Below are positions 1-9,988 of a stretch of DNA of 26,384 bases, piece after piece (position 1 is the first letter of the stretch; every line of letters starts with the position of its first letter). The stretch comes from a virus. Its lineage: Duplodnaviria > Caudoviricetes. The translations under genes were made by a program, and so were the position numbers. Below the pieces are notes generated by a model that was given only the letters and a program-made list of their open reading frames with translations, ran no database searches and had not been told where the DNA came from. The DNA is taken from positions 1 through 26,384 of the IMG/VR virus record IMGVR_UViG_3300042807_000384; one strand, given 5' to 3'.

Positions 1-1
1 A

Positions 2-3000
2 GCTGGCGATACTATTCGTAATACAACAACTGCTAATGTTGCAAACGTTTCTTCTACAATCGGTGCAGGCGCCGAAGCTTCGATTACTACAGACACGCTT
101 GGTAAAGTTACTGCTTTGACTGTAACATCCGGTGGATCTGGTTACTATGTACCACCTTATGTTTCAATTAAGATTGAGAACACATCATCTATCTCAACTG
201 CTGAAATTTCACAACTTGATGTTGCGCCTTTAAACTATCTGACATCTATTACTGTTGCTAACTCTGCTGTTTCGGCTGTCGGTGTTGGTTACGGTATTAC
301 TGTCGATGAAGGAACAATCTATCAGAAGGGTTTCTTCAGCCGCGTATCAAACCAACTTGAGATTGTTAATAAGTATTCGAATACTGGATTCAGCAAATCC
401 GTAGGATTCCTGACTGAAGAATCGATTATTAACAGCAACCAAGATACATCTCTTCTTGACAATGCAACTGGAACATATAACTACACAGCTCCTGGTGCAG
501 ACCGTCTTAAACTTACACCTGTTCTTTATGTTCTCTCTAAGGAAGAAGCAGACGCAAATACTGAATTTCTTCCAATTATTGAATTTGCTGATGGTCGTCC
601 ATATAAACAAAATCTTGCAACTGTCTATAATATTATTGGCGCCGAAATGGCGAAAAGAACATATGAAGAATCTGGTAACTACGTTTTAGATCAGTTCTTA
701 GTAGCAACAAAAGATTCGCCGACATTTGTAGAAAGTGCATCAGTATTTAAAATAGCTATTGATCCTGGTACTGCATATATTAATGGTTATCGTATAAACA
801 CTGTTGACAACTATATAGCTAATGTTGCTAAGGGTATTGATACAGCAAATAACAATTCTGCTGCAGTGCGACTAGGTTACGGCAACTTTATCCGTGTTAA
901 AGAAATGGGAGGTATCTTCCAGTTTAATACCGGTGCTACAATCGATCTATACGATACTGCAAAACAATATATTAGTACTGCTGCTGGTGGTGCAATTACT
1001 ACAACAGGTAATAAGATCGGCACAGCTCGTATTCGTTCAGTTGTGAACGAATACTCAAATGCTGAACCCGGTTCTAAGGATGCAGTATACCGTTTGTATT
1101 TGTTCGATGTAGTAATGAATTCAGGTAAGAACTTCTCTAATGTCCGTTCAGTATATTATGACGGAACAAACAAGGGTATCGCCGACGTTATTCTAAACTC
1201 TGCAAATGTTGCTGAGCTAGCCGATACAAGAGACTCTGCTCTGTTGTTTAAGACAGTTGATGCAATGAAGTATGCCAATAATATGACATACACATACCGC
1301 ACAATCAACCAGGGCGAAACTGCAAACTCTACAGGTTATATCGTTCTAAATCTTGCGGCCGGAGAAACTTTTCCATATACTGGTGAACTTAATACCAGTG
1401 AAAAGCGTGACTTTGTTATTGTTCCACTTGCTGATTATGAAGGTCAGACAAATGCAACAGGTACAATTACAACATTAACAAACACTGCAAATGTTGCTGG
1501 TGCAGGTGGTATGGATTTCCGTACCTCATTTAATGTTGGTGACTATGTAAAGTTCGGCAATACTACATCAACATCATATGGTCAGGTGTCACAGATCACT
1601 GGTGCTTCATCAATGATTCTTACATCTAATGCAGCTACTGCATATACAGGTGGATTTATGAAGGTTGCGTTCCCTAAGAACGTTGCTATCTCACTGACAA
1701 ACGATTCAACAAAATGGGCAAATGTTGAATCTGGCAATAGTCAGGTTCTTACAATTTTCCTTGGTAACACAGTTGCTAACTCTACTGGATCGGCAACATC
1801 TGCAAACGTTGCAATCGCCTATAATGCTACACGTACAAATGTAAGTTCGGCTGCCAAGACTGTTCAACGTAATATCTATACAAGAATCATTGCAGCCAAC
1901 AACACTGCATCGGTCCGTGGTCCATGGCCACTTGGTGTATCAGATACTTTCCGCATGAGAAACGTCTATATTGCAAATGGTGCATCACGCGATATCACAT
2001 TTGACGTCTCGACGAATATTACTAATTCTGGTACAGCAAATGCATTTATTACATTTGCTAATACGCCATTTGCAAATGGTGACTCACTAGTATACTCAAA
2101 CACTGCAGGTGCTGGTGTTCTTGGCGGTCTTTCAAACGGATCTACATATTACGTAGTATACGCTAATACAAGTGGCTTCTCGCTAGCATCGACACGCGGC
2201 GGTGCTAACCTGACACTGACTTCAAACACATCATCTACACACAAGTTCACTGGATCACCATTGTACTTTGGTCCAGACACATACGGTGTAACAGATGTAA
2301 CTAATGACTTCTATCTAGATATGAATCATACTCCGGATTATATGGATACATCATATCTTTTCAGAAAGCCACGTAGAACAGTTCTAAGCACAAACGACGT
2401 ACTTCTTATTAAGTATGATGCATTCAATGGCGGGGCCGGTGTTAAAACAATCAGTTCTTATCCTGTAAGCGACGGTGAAACTTTCACATCTCTTTCTGTT
2501 AGTGCTAACGTTCACACCATGGAAATTCCGGAATTTGTGGGAATTAGCGACAAGTATTACGATCTTCGTGATCAGTTTGACTTCCGTCCTAAATCAAATA
2601 ATACAATCGGTTTTGTAACAGATGTAACATCGGTTGCTGCTGGCGCCAATGCACTATCGATTATTAACCCAGCTGAACCATCAGACGCAAATCGTTTTGC
2701 ATCGGCCGAACAGTACTTCCCTACACCAGACACAACTCTGACTGCAAATATCCAATACTATCAAGGTCGTACTGATCGTGTTGTGGTTGATACAAATGGC
2801 GATTTCATTGTCCGTGCCGGCAAACCCGGTTTCATCAATGAAGTGCCTAGTGAACCAAAGAACTCTATTACACTTCAGTTGCTTCGCATCCCAGCATATC
2901 CTTCACTTCCACAAGCACTATCATCTGATATTATAAAGATCGTGGATACTAAGGTTGCTAATGAAGCATATGGACGTAGAAGATCTCTATATAGTGTATC

Positions 3001-4630
3001 TGCTACCATGACTGCTGCAGAACGCAATGCAATTCAGATCAAAAGTTACAAGATGGCTGATATTGCATCTCTTGAAAAACGCATTAAAGATCTCGAGTAC
3101 TATGTATCATTCACACTTGCTGAAGCGCTTGCAAAGGCACGCTTTATCCCAAGTTCGCTTGATGCACTATTAGATCGTTTCCGCTTTGGTTTCTTTGTTG
3201 ATCCGTTTACTGACTATAACTATGCTGATATCGGTAATCCAGAATTCTGGGCAACAATTCGTGATAATCAACTTGGACCTAAGCTAACAGAACTTAATCT
3301 TGAGTTCCGTGAAGACAGTGGTCAATCAGGTGTTCTGACTCTGCCATTTACAGAGTTTAATGTAATCACACAATCGGACGCTACAGATGGTCCAATTGCT
3401 ATAGCAAATACAACAACCACTCCTACTACTCCTACTACTCCTACTGGTAATGTTGTTGTTACTACAGTAACACAGACAACAACATCTGTTACACAATCGC
3501 AGAGAAGTACATCACGCAACGATAATGGTACAGTATATGAAGAATTCTATTATACAATGAGTTCTCTGTCCGGTCCTGTTGAGTTTTATATCAACTCACG
3601 TGATAATAATAATGCTCTTGAAGTATTCCAAGGTGTAACTGCTTCCGGTCCATGGACTACAACTATTACTTCTGCTTCGGCTTCATTAATTACAGCAATA
3701 GATGTATCATCAAAGGGACTAACAGGTCTGAATGGGGAAACAATCGAGAACATTGGTGGTTCACTAAATCGTAAGAGCTATGGTCCAGTTGGAGGGTTCA
3801 TCGAAGACCAGTTTAAGCTTCTTTGGTCTCATGATCCAACAAATGGCCAATATTATAAACTTCGTGTTTATAAGGGTCAAAACCACGGTGCATCAGGTTA
3901 TAGCGGAACATATACATATAAGTTGTTCTACCCAACCGACTCAGTTAATACTAATACAATAACTGTGACCAACCCAACCCAGTTTGAGTATAATGGAACT
4001 ATTAATAATGTAAGTCCTTCAGAGTTTTCACTAACTGCTTCTACACAATATATCGACATTATGGGTGCTATGGTAGCAATTCCATCATTTTCGTTTGTTG
4101 CAGATTCTCAGAAGTTTACTATTAGTGTAACTGGATTGAAGCCAAATACATATCATAAGTTTATTTTTAATAGTGAAGATCAGACTGCGAAATGTTCACA
4201 AGTAAGAACATCTACTACAAATACAAGTGGGCTTCTGTCTAATGTTAATGGTGTTATGACATTTGACTTCTACTTTGATGCTGGTATTAATGAAGCAACA
4301 TCTGATATTGAACAACAGAATAAAATGGCGGCTGCACTTGCTGGCGTAAAAACTTTTGTGGTCCAAAGTTACGATGGTATATCAAAAGCATCAGGTTCTA
4401 TTAATATGAAGTATTACGCAGGTATCTTCGAAGAAATTGCAACCGCGGTTGCTCCATATTTAAATACTACACCGAGTATAACAACTACATCAACAAGTAC
4501 AACGACTACATCAACTACAACAGAAACAATAACGCCAACGCCAACAACACAAGTAATTAATGATGCTATTGATAACAACAATGTTATCAATCGCCGCGAT
4601 TCTATTCTAAATCGGATGGCGTTCAAGTAA
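2..4630 (+). CDS. Large virion structural/baseplate-associated protein, DUF4815 (VrlC-like), 5'-truncated by the window edge
   Basis: The frame of ORF 116..4630 is open back to position 2 (AGDTIRNTTTANVANVSS...), so the true start lies upstream. Motifs typical of this family in T4-like phages: SLLDNATGTYNYTAPGADRLKL, MAKRTYEESGNY, DPGTAYINGY, DLRDQFDFRP, LEKRIKDLEYY, RFGFFVDPF, GLKPNTYH. Confidence 0.75.
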   Translation, partial: AGDTIRNTTTANVANVSSTIGAGAEASITTDTLGKVTALTVTSGGSGYYVPPYVSIKIENTSSISTAEISQLDVAPLNYLTSITVANSAVSAVGVGYGITVDEGTIYQKGFFSRVSNQLEIVNKYSNTGFSKSVGFLTEESIINSNQDTSLLDNATGTYNYTAPGADRLKLTPVLYVLSKEEADANTEFLPIIEFADGRPYKQNLATVYNIIGAEMAKRTYEESGNYVLDQFLVATKDSPTFVESASVFKIAIDPGTAYINGYRINTVDNYIANVAKGIDTANNNSAAVRLGYGNFIRVKEMGGIFQFNTGATIDLYDTAKQYISTAAGGAITTTGNKIGTARIRSVVNEYSNAEPGSKDAVYRLYLFDVVMNSGKNFSNVRSVYYDGTNKGIADVILNSANVAELADTRDSALLFKTVDAMKYANNMTYTYRTINQGETANSTGYIVLNLAAGETFPYTGELNTSEKRDFVIVPLADYEGQTNATGTITTLTNTANVAGAGGMDFRTSFNVGDYVKFGNTTSTSYGQVSQITGASSMILTSNAATAYTGGFMKVAFPKNVAISLTNDSTKWANVESGNSQVLTIFLGNTVANSTGSATSANVAIAYNATRTNVSSAAKTVQRNIYTRIIAANNTASVRGPWPLGVSDTFRMRNVYIANGASRDITFDVSTNITNSGTANAFITFANTPFANGDSLVYSNTAGAGVLGGLSNGSTYYVVYANTSGFSLASTRGGANLTLTSNTSSTHKFTGSPLYFGPDTYGVTDVTNDFYLDMNHTPDYMDTSYLFRKPRRTVLSTNDVLLIKYDAFNGGAGVKTISSYPVSDGETFTSLSVSANVHTMEIPEFVGISDKYYDLRDQFDFRPKSNNTIGFVTDVTSVAAGANALSIINPAEPSDANRFASAEQYFPTPDTTLTANIQYYQGRTDRVVVDTNGDFIVRAGKPGFINEVPSEPKNSITLQLLRIPAYPSLPQALSSDIIKIVDTKVANEAYGRRRSLYSVSATMTAAERNAIQIKSYKMADIASLEKRIKDLEYYVSFTLAEALAKARFIPSSLDALLDRFRFGFFVDPFTDYNYADIGNPEFWATIRDNQLGPKLTELNLEFREDSGQSGVLTLPFTEFNVITQSDATDGPIAIANTTTTPTTPTTPTGNVVVTTVTQTTTSVTQSQRSTSRNDNGTVYEEFYYTMSSLSGPVEFYINSRDNNNALEVFQGVTASGPWTTTITSASASLITAIDVSSKGLTGLNGETIENIGGSLNRKSYGPVGGFIEDQFKLLWSHDPTNGQYYKLRVYKGQNHGASGYSGTYTYKLFYPTDSVNTNTITVTNPTQFEYNGTINNVSPSEFSLTASTQYIDIMGAMVAIPSFSFVADSQKFTISVTGLKPNTYHKFIFNSEDQTAKCSQVRTSTTNTSGLLSNVNGVMTFDFYFDAGINEATSDIEQQNKMAAALAGVKTFVVQSYDGISKASGSINMKYYAGIFEEIATAVAPYLNTTPSITTTSTSTTTTSTTTETITPTPTTQVINDAIDNNNVINRRDSILNRMAFK

Positions 4631-4651
4631 GTCATGTGTTCTTTGTTACTA

Positions 4652-4658
4652 ATAAATA
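4652..4658 (+). promoter_or_regulatory. Putative T4-type late promoter (ATAAATA)
   Basis: Intergenic aATAAATA about 25 nt upstream of ATG 4683, followed by a GAGG RBS. Matches the gp55-sigma consensus TATAAATA at 7 of 8 positions. Confidence 0.55.
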
Positions 4659-4682
4659 CATAAAAGATTACGAGGAAGTTTA

Positions 4683-6794
4683 ATGCCAGCATTTGATTAT
4701 ATTCAGTCATTCAAGATCAATCCTGATATCGTAGCCAAGGCTTCTGATATTATGCTGACGTCTGTAGAAGTTTTCTTTAAAGGAAAACCGACTGCGCAAA
4801 CAAGTGCAAGCGGCGCTACAAATCCCGGATTCTCTGCTTGGATTTGTGAAGTGGAAAACGACAGACCTAATCCTGAAAGAATGGTAAAAAATTCTGTTCT
4901 TTCTATTTCATACGATCGTGTTAATACATCATCAACTGCTGATTCTGCAACGGTTTTAGGATTTACAGATCCTGTTATTCTTAAAACTGGTACATTCTAT
5001 GGTATTGTAATTAAGTTTGATGATCCTGCTTTTGATATCTGGGTAAATAAGCAGGGTGATCGACTGGTCAATTCTGTAGGAACGACCAATAATCCTTCAG
5101 CTGGTTCTCAAGGAAGATTTGATGGTAATCTATATAAATCAACAAACTCTGGTGACTTTCAAACATTCAGTGATCGTGACCTAAAGTTCAAGGTTAACGT
5201 AGCTAAGTTTACATCTACCACAAAGACATTCTCTTTGGTTAACAAAGACTATGAATTCTTTACAATCGACACAACATATACAAGTACTTTCCAAGGCGGT
5301 GAAATAGTTTATCAGGAAACTGCAAATGCCACAGGTACTATTACAATGGCGATCGATAAAACACGAGGTCCTTCTATTACCGGTATTGGAACTACATTTA
5401 CGAACTATAATATTTCTGACTATATTGTTGTTGCAAATAGTGCCGGAAATATCGATACCGTAAAAATTACTGGTATTATTAGTAATACATCAATGACAAT
5501 TGATCGTATGCCAAACGTATCAGGAACAAGCAATTTTAAAGTTCCACCTATTGGAACTGTATATTACACCGACTACACAAAGAATAGTATTATTCTTGTA
5601 GACTCTTCGGCAAACGCTACAAACAAATTTGTTGTTGGAAACCGTTTTATCGGCGTTCGTTCAGGAGCAACTGCAAATATTGCATCGATCGATCGTTGGT
5701 CTGTTGATCATTTCAAACCAACATTTCTAATCAGCAATCCTGCAACTTCACAATTCACGCTAAATTATGCAATGGCAAACTCGGCGAATCAGTTAGGCAC
5801 TTCTACAAATCTTAATTTGTTATCTTTTAATGATGCATCATATGATGGATATATCTTGTCGCGTTCTACTGAAGTAGATACGTCTTTAAGTTCAAATCTT
5901 TTTGGAACTAATAGAAAATCTGCTGTTGCCAACCTTGATATTCAAGTTAATGTCGATGCAAATAACGTATTCAGTGTTCCTTACATCAATACAGGTCAAC
6001 TTGACTTCTTCTTCTATCAGAATGATATCAACACGATAATTACAGAATCTAGAATAGTCACAGCTGGATTCCCAGCTGTTGCCGACTATGATACCGAAAT
6101 TAACAAGAATGGTCTTGGTAAGTCAAAATATATTTCTAAGAAAATTGCTTTTGCTGCTGACAAGTATGCAGAAGATATTGTACTTTATCTGCAAGGATAT
6201 CGCCCGGCGGGTTCTGAGATCAAGGTATATGCCAAAATCCATAACAGTGCTGATAAAGAAACGTTTGATGATAAGGTATGGACTCCACTTCAACTGAAGA
6301 ACAACACAGATAAGTTTAGTTCAGATGATCCAAATGACATGTATGAATACACATATGGATTTAGTCAATATCCTGACATCGATTATGGTCTATCTGGCAC
6401 ATTCTTAACCGGTTCATCAAGCAACGCAATTGCAACAACAAGCGATCAGTCTGCTATTTTGACAACTGGCGATCTTATTCGTGTGTATGATCCATTGTTC
6501 CCAGATAACCACGAAGTATTCCCGGTATCAAGTGCTAATAGTACTGCTATCGTTCTATTCAAACCAATCGATAATGTTAGTCTTACATCAAAGGATGTAT
6601 ACATTGACAAACTGAAGTATCGTAATGTAGCATGGAATAACATTGCTAACGATAACACTGTACGTTATGTCAGTTCGTCGCTGGTTGAGTTTGATCGTTA
6701 TACATCAATGCAGATTAAGATTGTTCTGCTTTCATCAAGCACTTATGTAATTCCTAAGGTAGAACAGATTCAAGTTATCGGGGTCTCGGTATAA
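4683..6794 (+). CDS. Virion structural protein resembling the C-terminal part of DUF4815/VrlC-like proteins
   Basis: 703 aa with QSF...LTSVEVFFKGKP, DLKFKVNVAKF, SKYISKKI, AEDIVLYLQGYRP, IKVYAKI and MQIKIVL motifs, which I recall from the C-terminal region of single-chain DUF4815 proteins. Own RBS (GAGG). Confidence 0.65.
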   Translation: MPAFDYIQSFKINPDIVAKASDIMLTSVEVFFKGKPTAQTSASGATNPGFSAWICEVENDRPNPERMVKNSVLSISYDRVNTSSTADSATVLGFTDPVILKTGTFYGIVIKFDDPAFDIWVNKQGDRLVNSVGTTNNPSAGSQGRFDGNLYKSTNSGDFQTFSDRDLKFKVNVAKFTSTTKTFSLVNKDYEFFTIDTTYTSTFQGGEIVYQETANATGTITMAIDKTRGPSITGIGTTFTNYNISDYIVVANSAGNIDTVKITGIISNTSMTIDRMPNVSGTSNFKVPPIGTVYYTDYTKNSIILVDSSANATNKFVVGNRFIGVRSGATANIASIDRWSVDHFKPTFLISNPATSQFTLNYAMANSANQLGTSTNLNLLSFNDASYDGYILSRSTEVDTSLSSNLFGTNRKSAVANLDIQVNVDANNVFSVPYINTGQLDFFFYQNDINTIITESRIVTAGFPAVADYDTEINKNGLGKSKYISKKIAFAADKYAEDIVLYLQGYRPAGSEIKVYAKIHNSADKETFDDKVWTPLQLKNNTDKFSSDDPNDMYEYTYGFSQYPDIDYGLSGTFLTGSSSNAIATTSDQSAILTTGDLIRVYDPLFPDNHEVFPVSSANSTAIVLFKPIDNVSLTSKDVYIDKLKYRNVAWNNIANDNTVRYVSSSLVEFDRYTSMQIKIVLLSSSTYVIPKVEQIQVIGVSV

Positions 6795-7003
6795 TGTTAG
6801 TCAAGACTGATGTTCCAGGATATTTAAAAGATACCTCGAGTGGTGCTATCATAAATAATGATGATGAGGGATATCAAAAATTTCTGGCTGCTCGTGCAGC
6901 TTCAAAAAAGAATAATGATTTATGTAAAAGAATTGATGCGGTCGAGACAGATCTTAAAGACATCAAGAATCTACTACTTCAGATAGTACACAGGAATAAT
7001 TAA
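6794..7003 (+). CDS. Small conserved T4-like phage protein with C-terminal coiled coil
   Basis: 69 aa, TAATG-coupled at both ends. Motif VPGYLKDTSSGAIINND followed by heptad-like RIDAVETDLKDIKNLLLQI. Confidence 0.75.
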   Translation: MLVKTDVPGYLKDTSSGAIINNDDEGYQKFLAARAASKKNNDLCKRIDAVETDLKDIKNLLLQIVHRNN

Positions 7004-8361
7004 TGGCAAGAAAAGTAGCTAATACCGATATTATTACAGATAGCTTTGAGATTTGGCTGTTACAGACCAATGAGCTGCTTAATTCCCTGTCAACTGAAAT
7101 TATGACAGCCAATGCCACGTATGCAAATACTGGCAACTCTACATTTGACCGCAATGCACAGCTTTATGGAACGTTTGGCGCTAATACCATGGCTGTAACT
7201 AACTGGTTGAAGGGCGGTAATATTGGCCCGGGATCGTTTGCTAACCTGATGATTTCAACCAACACGGTTCTGTCAAATACTAATGCTGCCAATCTAATGT
7301 TGATGGTTGCCAACGGCACAGTATTCTCGTATATCAATCCGTTTGGTGGTTACTTCGGCAACACCACTGCTAACAGCTTTATTAATAGCACTGCTATTAT
7401 AACACAATCCAACTCAATTGTAAACACAAATATTAGCCCAACGCTAATTCAGATCGCAAATAGTACGTCGACGGCTAATATCGTCCCTACAAGTTTTAAG
7501 ACTGGTTTGTTTACAGGTAACACAATCTCTGTATCGGTTGGTGCCAATGTTATTGCTAATGCAGAATCCCTGACAGTCGGCAACTCTACAGTCAATACGT
7601 TCATCGTATCTAATAGTACCATGACATTGCTTGATACTGATGGTTATATGAGAGTACTTGGCAATGCCGACTTCTCTAATAGTATGTTGGTTGTTGGCAA
7701 TGCTACATTCCAGAATACCATGTTAGTTGTTGGTAATACCAATTTGCAAAATACGCTTACGGTTACTGGGCTTTCAACGCTTAACGGCAATATGAATACT
7801 CCAACCGGCAATGCGTCAGTAGCGTTTAACGTTGGTGCTAATGTCAACTTAACAACTGATAGAATTAATGTTGGTAACAACTCGGTTAACACGTTTGTCA
7901 CTTCAACAGCAATTGAAACAGATGGAACTTTAACAGTTCTTGGCGCAACAACACTATCAAATACTCTTGATGTAACAGGTGCAACAACTTTATCTAATAC
8001 ACTATCTGTTGGTGGAATTTCTACTTTTAAAACAGATTACGTTGTTGATGTATCTTCAAATGCTGACATTGGTTCTACTATTGGTGCAGTATTGATTTAT
8101 AGATTTCCAAAAGCAACTTATTCGTCAGGCAAATTTGAGATCCAAATTAAGAATGGCAATACACAATTATCAGAAATGGTACTTGCTCATGATGCCGGAT
8201 TAAATTCATATGTTACTGTATATGGTACTGTTGCTTCAAATGGTGGCGTTTCGCCACTGGGAACATTTACATCAAATACTGACACTGCTAACGTTAATCT
8301 GTATCTCGTCCAGACTGTTGCAAATTCAGCCGTCAAGGTTGTGGCACATCTAATTAAGTAA
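7003..8361 (+). CDS. Tail fibre/virion structural protein with beta-helix-like repeats
   Basis: 452 aa, N/T/S/G/V-rich. N-terminal TDSFEIWLLQTNEL. 12-aa repeats (MLVVGNATFQNT, LTVLGATTLSNT, LDVTGATTLSNT). C-terminal FPKATYSSGKF...SEMVLAHD...YGTV domain as seen in T4-like structural proteins. Confidence 0.65.
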   Translation: MARKVANTDIITDSFEIWLLQTNELLNSLSTEIMTANATYANTGNSTFDRNAQLYGTFGANTMAVTNWLKGGNIGPGSFANLMISTNTVLSNTNAANLMLMVANGTVFSYINPFGGYFGNTTANSFINSTAIITQSNSIVNTNISPTLIQIANSTSTANIVPTSFKTGLFTGNTISVSVGANVIANAESLTVGNSTVNTFIVSNSTMTLLDTDGYMRVLGNADFSNSMLVVGNATFQNTMLVVGNTNLQNTLTVTGLSTLNGNMNTPTGNASVAFNVGANVNLTTDRINVGNNSVNTFVTSTAIETDGTLTVLGATTLSNTLDVTGATTLSNTLSVGGISTFKTDYVVDVSSNADIGSTIGAVLIYRFPKATYSSGKFEIQIKNGNTQLSEMVLAHDAGLNSYVTVYGTVASNGGVSPLGTFTSNTDTANVNLYLVQTVANSAVKVVAHLIK

Positions 8362-8368
8362 GGTTAAA

Positions 8369-9988
8369 ATGGCTAATACAAACTTTAAAATAGATAATGG
8401 GCTTTATGTAACAGGCGACGTATCGTTGTTTCAGACGAACACAACTGTTAACGCACACTCTTTTGTCAAGCAGTCACTTACTGTTGATGGCAATGTATTT
8501 GTTAATGCTATTACAACTGTTAATGGAACAATTGTTGCAACGGCTAATGGTATTGCTATAGGTAATACTACAAGAACCTTTAATATTTGGGGTGGTAATC
8601 TTAATCTTTCAAATTCTATTGTTGTTGCAAATGGAACAAGCATTAAGATTGCTAACGGGTCTGGTATTGTTGCCAACACTATTGGGATTTCTGTTAATGC
8701 TACTTCAATTTCTAATGGCGTTTTAAATATTGGTCAAGGCGGTACAAATGGTAGCACGAGATCTGCCGGACTTAATAATTTGTTACCAAGTCAAAACGTT
8801 GCTGTAAATGGATTTTATTTAAGAACCGATGGAAGTGATGCTTCTTGGACATCAGGTCCTGGTACTGGTTATACTGGTTCTAAAGGCGATCTAGGCTATA
8901 CTGGATCAGTTGGATTTACCGGATCACAGGGTATTGGATTTACTGGTTCTGCTGGTGCAGCTGCCTCACAAGGTTATACCGGTTCTCAAGGTGCTGCAGG
9001 TTCGGTTGGATTTACGGGATCACAAGGATCAATTGGGTTTACTGGTTCAGCGTCTACTGTTGCCGGACCTATAGGATACACAGGATCTGCTGGTACAAAT
9101 GGTACAAATGGTACAAATGGTACTACAGGATTTACTGGATCTGCTGGTACAAATGGTACTAACGGATTTACTGGTTCAACAGGATTTACTGGTTCGCAAG
9201 GATTTACCGGATCACAAGGATCGATTGGTTTTACTGGATCCGCTGGGACTAATGGTACTAACGGATTTATAGGATCGCCAGGGTTTACTGGGTCAATTGG
9301 TTTTACAGGTTCACAAGGATCTGTTGGGTTTACCGGTTCAGCATCTACGACTGCCGGACCTACAGGATTCACAGGTTCACAGGGATCAATTGGTTTTACT
9401 GGATCAGCGTCTACGACTGCCGGACCTACAGGATTCACAGGTTCACGAGGCTCGGTTGGTTTTACTGGATCAGCATCTACGACTGCCGGACCTACAGGAT
9501 TTACTGGATCTGCTGGTTCAACAGGATTTACTGGATCTGCTGGTTCAACAGGATTTACTGGATCTGGTTATGGTACAAGTGCATCTGTTCAGATGGGTTC
9601 GCTTGGTGTAGGTACTCCAGCGTCTGGAACAACCGGCGAAATTCGTGCTACAAACGAAATTACAGCGTACTATACTTCAGATAGAACTTTTAAAACGAAT
9701 ATTACTCCTATTGAGAATGCTCTAGATAAGATCAGACAGTTGTCTGGCGTTATGTTTGATTGGACTGATGATTATATTGAATCGCGTGGTGGTGAAGATG
9801 GGTATTTTGTCCGTAAACATGACACTGGCATTATTGCACAGGACGTTCAGACTGTGCTTCCAGAAGTTGTTGGTACTAGAGAAGATGGTACATTAGGCGT
9901 TAAGTATGAAAAGATGATGGGTCTAGTTATCCAAGCAATTAACGAATTAGCCATTCAGGTTGATGAGATTAAGCAAAAGGTTAGCTAA
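8369..9988 (+). CDS. Collagen-like tail fibre with C-terminal Peptidase_S74 intramolecular chaperone
   Basis: 539 aa with central G-X-Y repeats (GFT-GSQ-GSI). C-terminal YTSDRTFKTNITPIENALDKIRQLSGVMFDW...GIIAQDV...LPEVV...YEKM plus coiled coil is the S74 autocleavage domain pattern. Confidence 0.85.
   Translation: MANTNFKIDNGLYVTGDVSLFQTNTTVNAHSFVKQSLTVDGNVFVNAITTVNGTIVATANGIAIGNTTRTFNIWGGNLNLSNSIVVANGTSIKIANGSGIVANTIGISVNATSISNGVLNIGQGGTNGSTRSAGLNNLLPSQNVAVNGFYLRTDGSDASWTSGPGTGYTGSKGDLGYTGSVGFTGSQGIGFTGSAGAAASQGYTGSQGAAGSVGFTGSQGSIGFTGSASTVAGPIGYTGSAGTNGTNGTNGTTGFTGSAGTNGTNGFTGSTGFTGSQGFTGSQGSIGFTGSAGTNGTNGFIGSPGFTGSIGFTGSQGSVGFTGSASTTAGPTGFTGSQGSIGFTGSASTTAGPTGFTGSRGSVGFTGSASTTAGPTGFTGSAGSTGFTGSAGSTGFTGSGYGTSASVQMGSLGVGTPASGTTGEIRATNEITAYYTSDRTFKTNITPIENALDKIRQLSGVMFDWTDDYIESRGGEDGYFVRKHDTGIIAQDVQTVLPEVVGTREDGTLGVKYEKMMGLVIQAINELAIQVDEIKQKVS
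8867..9570 (+). repeat. Collagen-like GFTGS repeat tract, including three near-identical 66-nt units
   Basis: gc(a/g)tctacgactgccggacc recurs at 9341, 9407 and 9473 (period 66 nt = GFTGSASTTAGPTGFTGSQGSI). Confidence 0.9.

Noticed and set aside
116-118. TTG at 116 as start of the DUF4815-like gene
   Set aside because: The frame is open to the window edge with similar composition and no RBS, so the gene starts upstream.
6851-6857. ATAAATA inside the 69-aa gene as a late promoter
   Set aside because: It falls in the coding motif IINN and can be explained by codons. It cannot be supported without TSS data.
8986-9611. Alternative-frame and antisense ORFs over the collagen tract (also 18397-20514)
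   Set aside because: Shadow ORFs produced by repetitive Gly-rich codons. No RBS or independent protein features.
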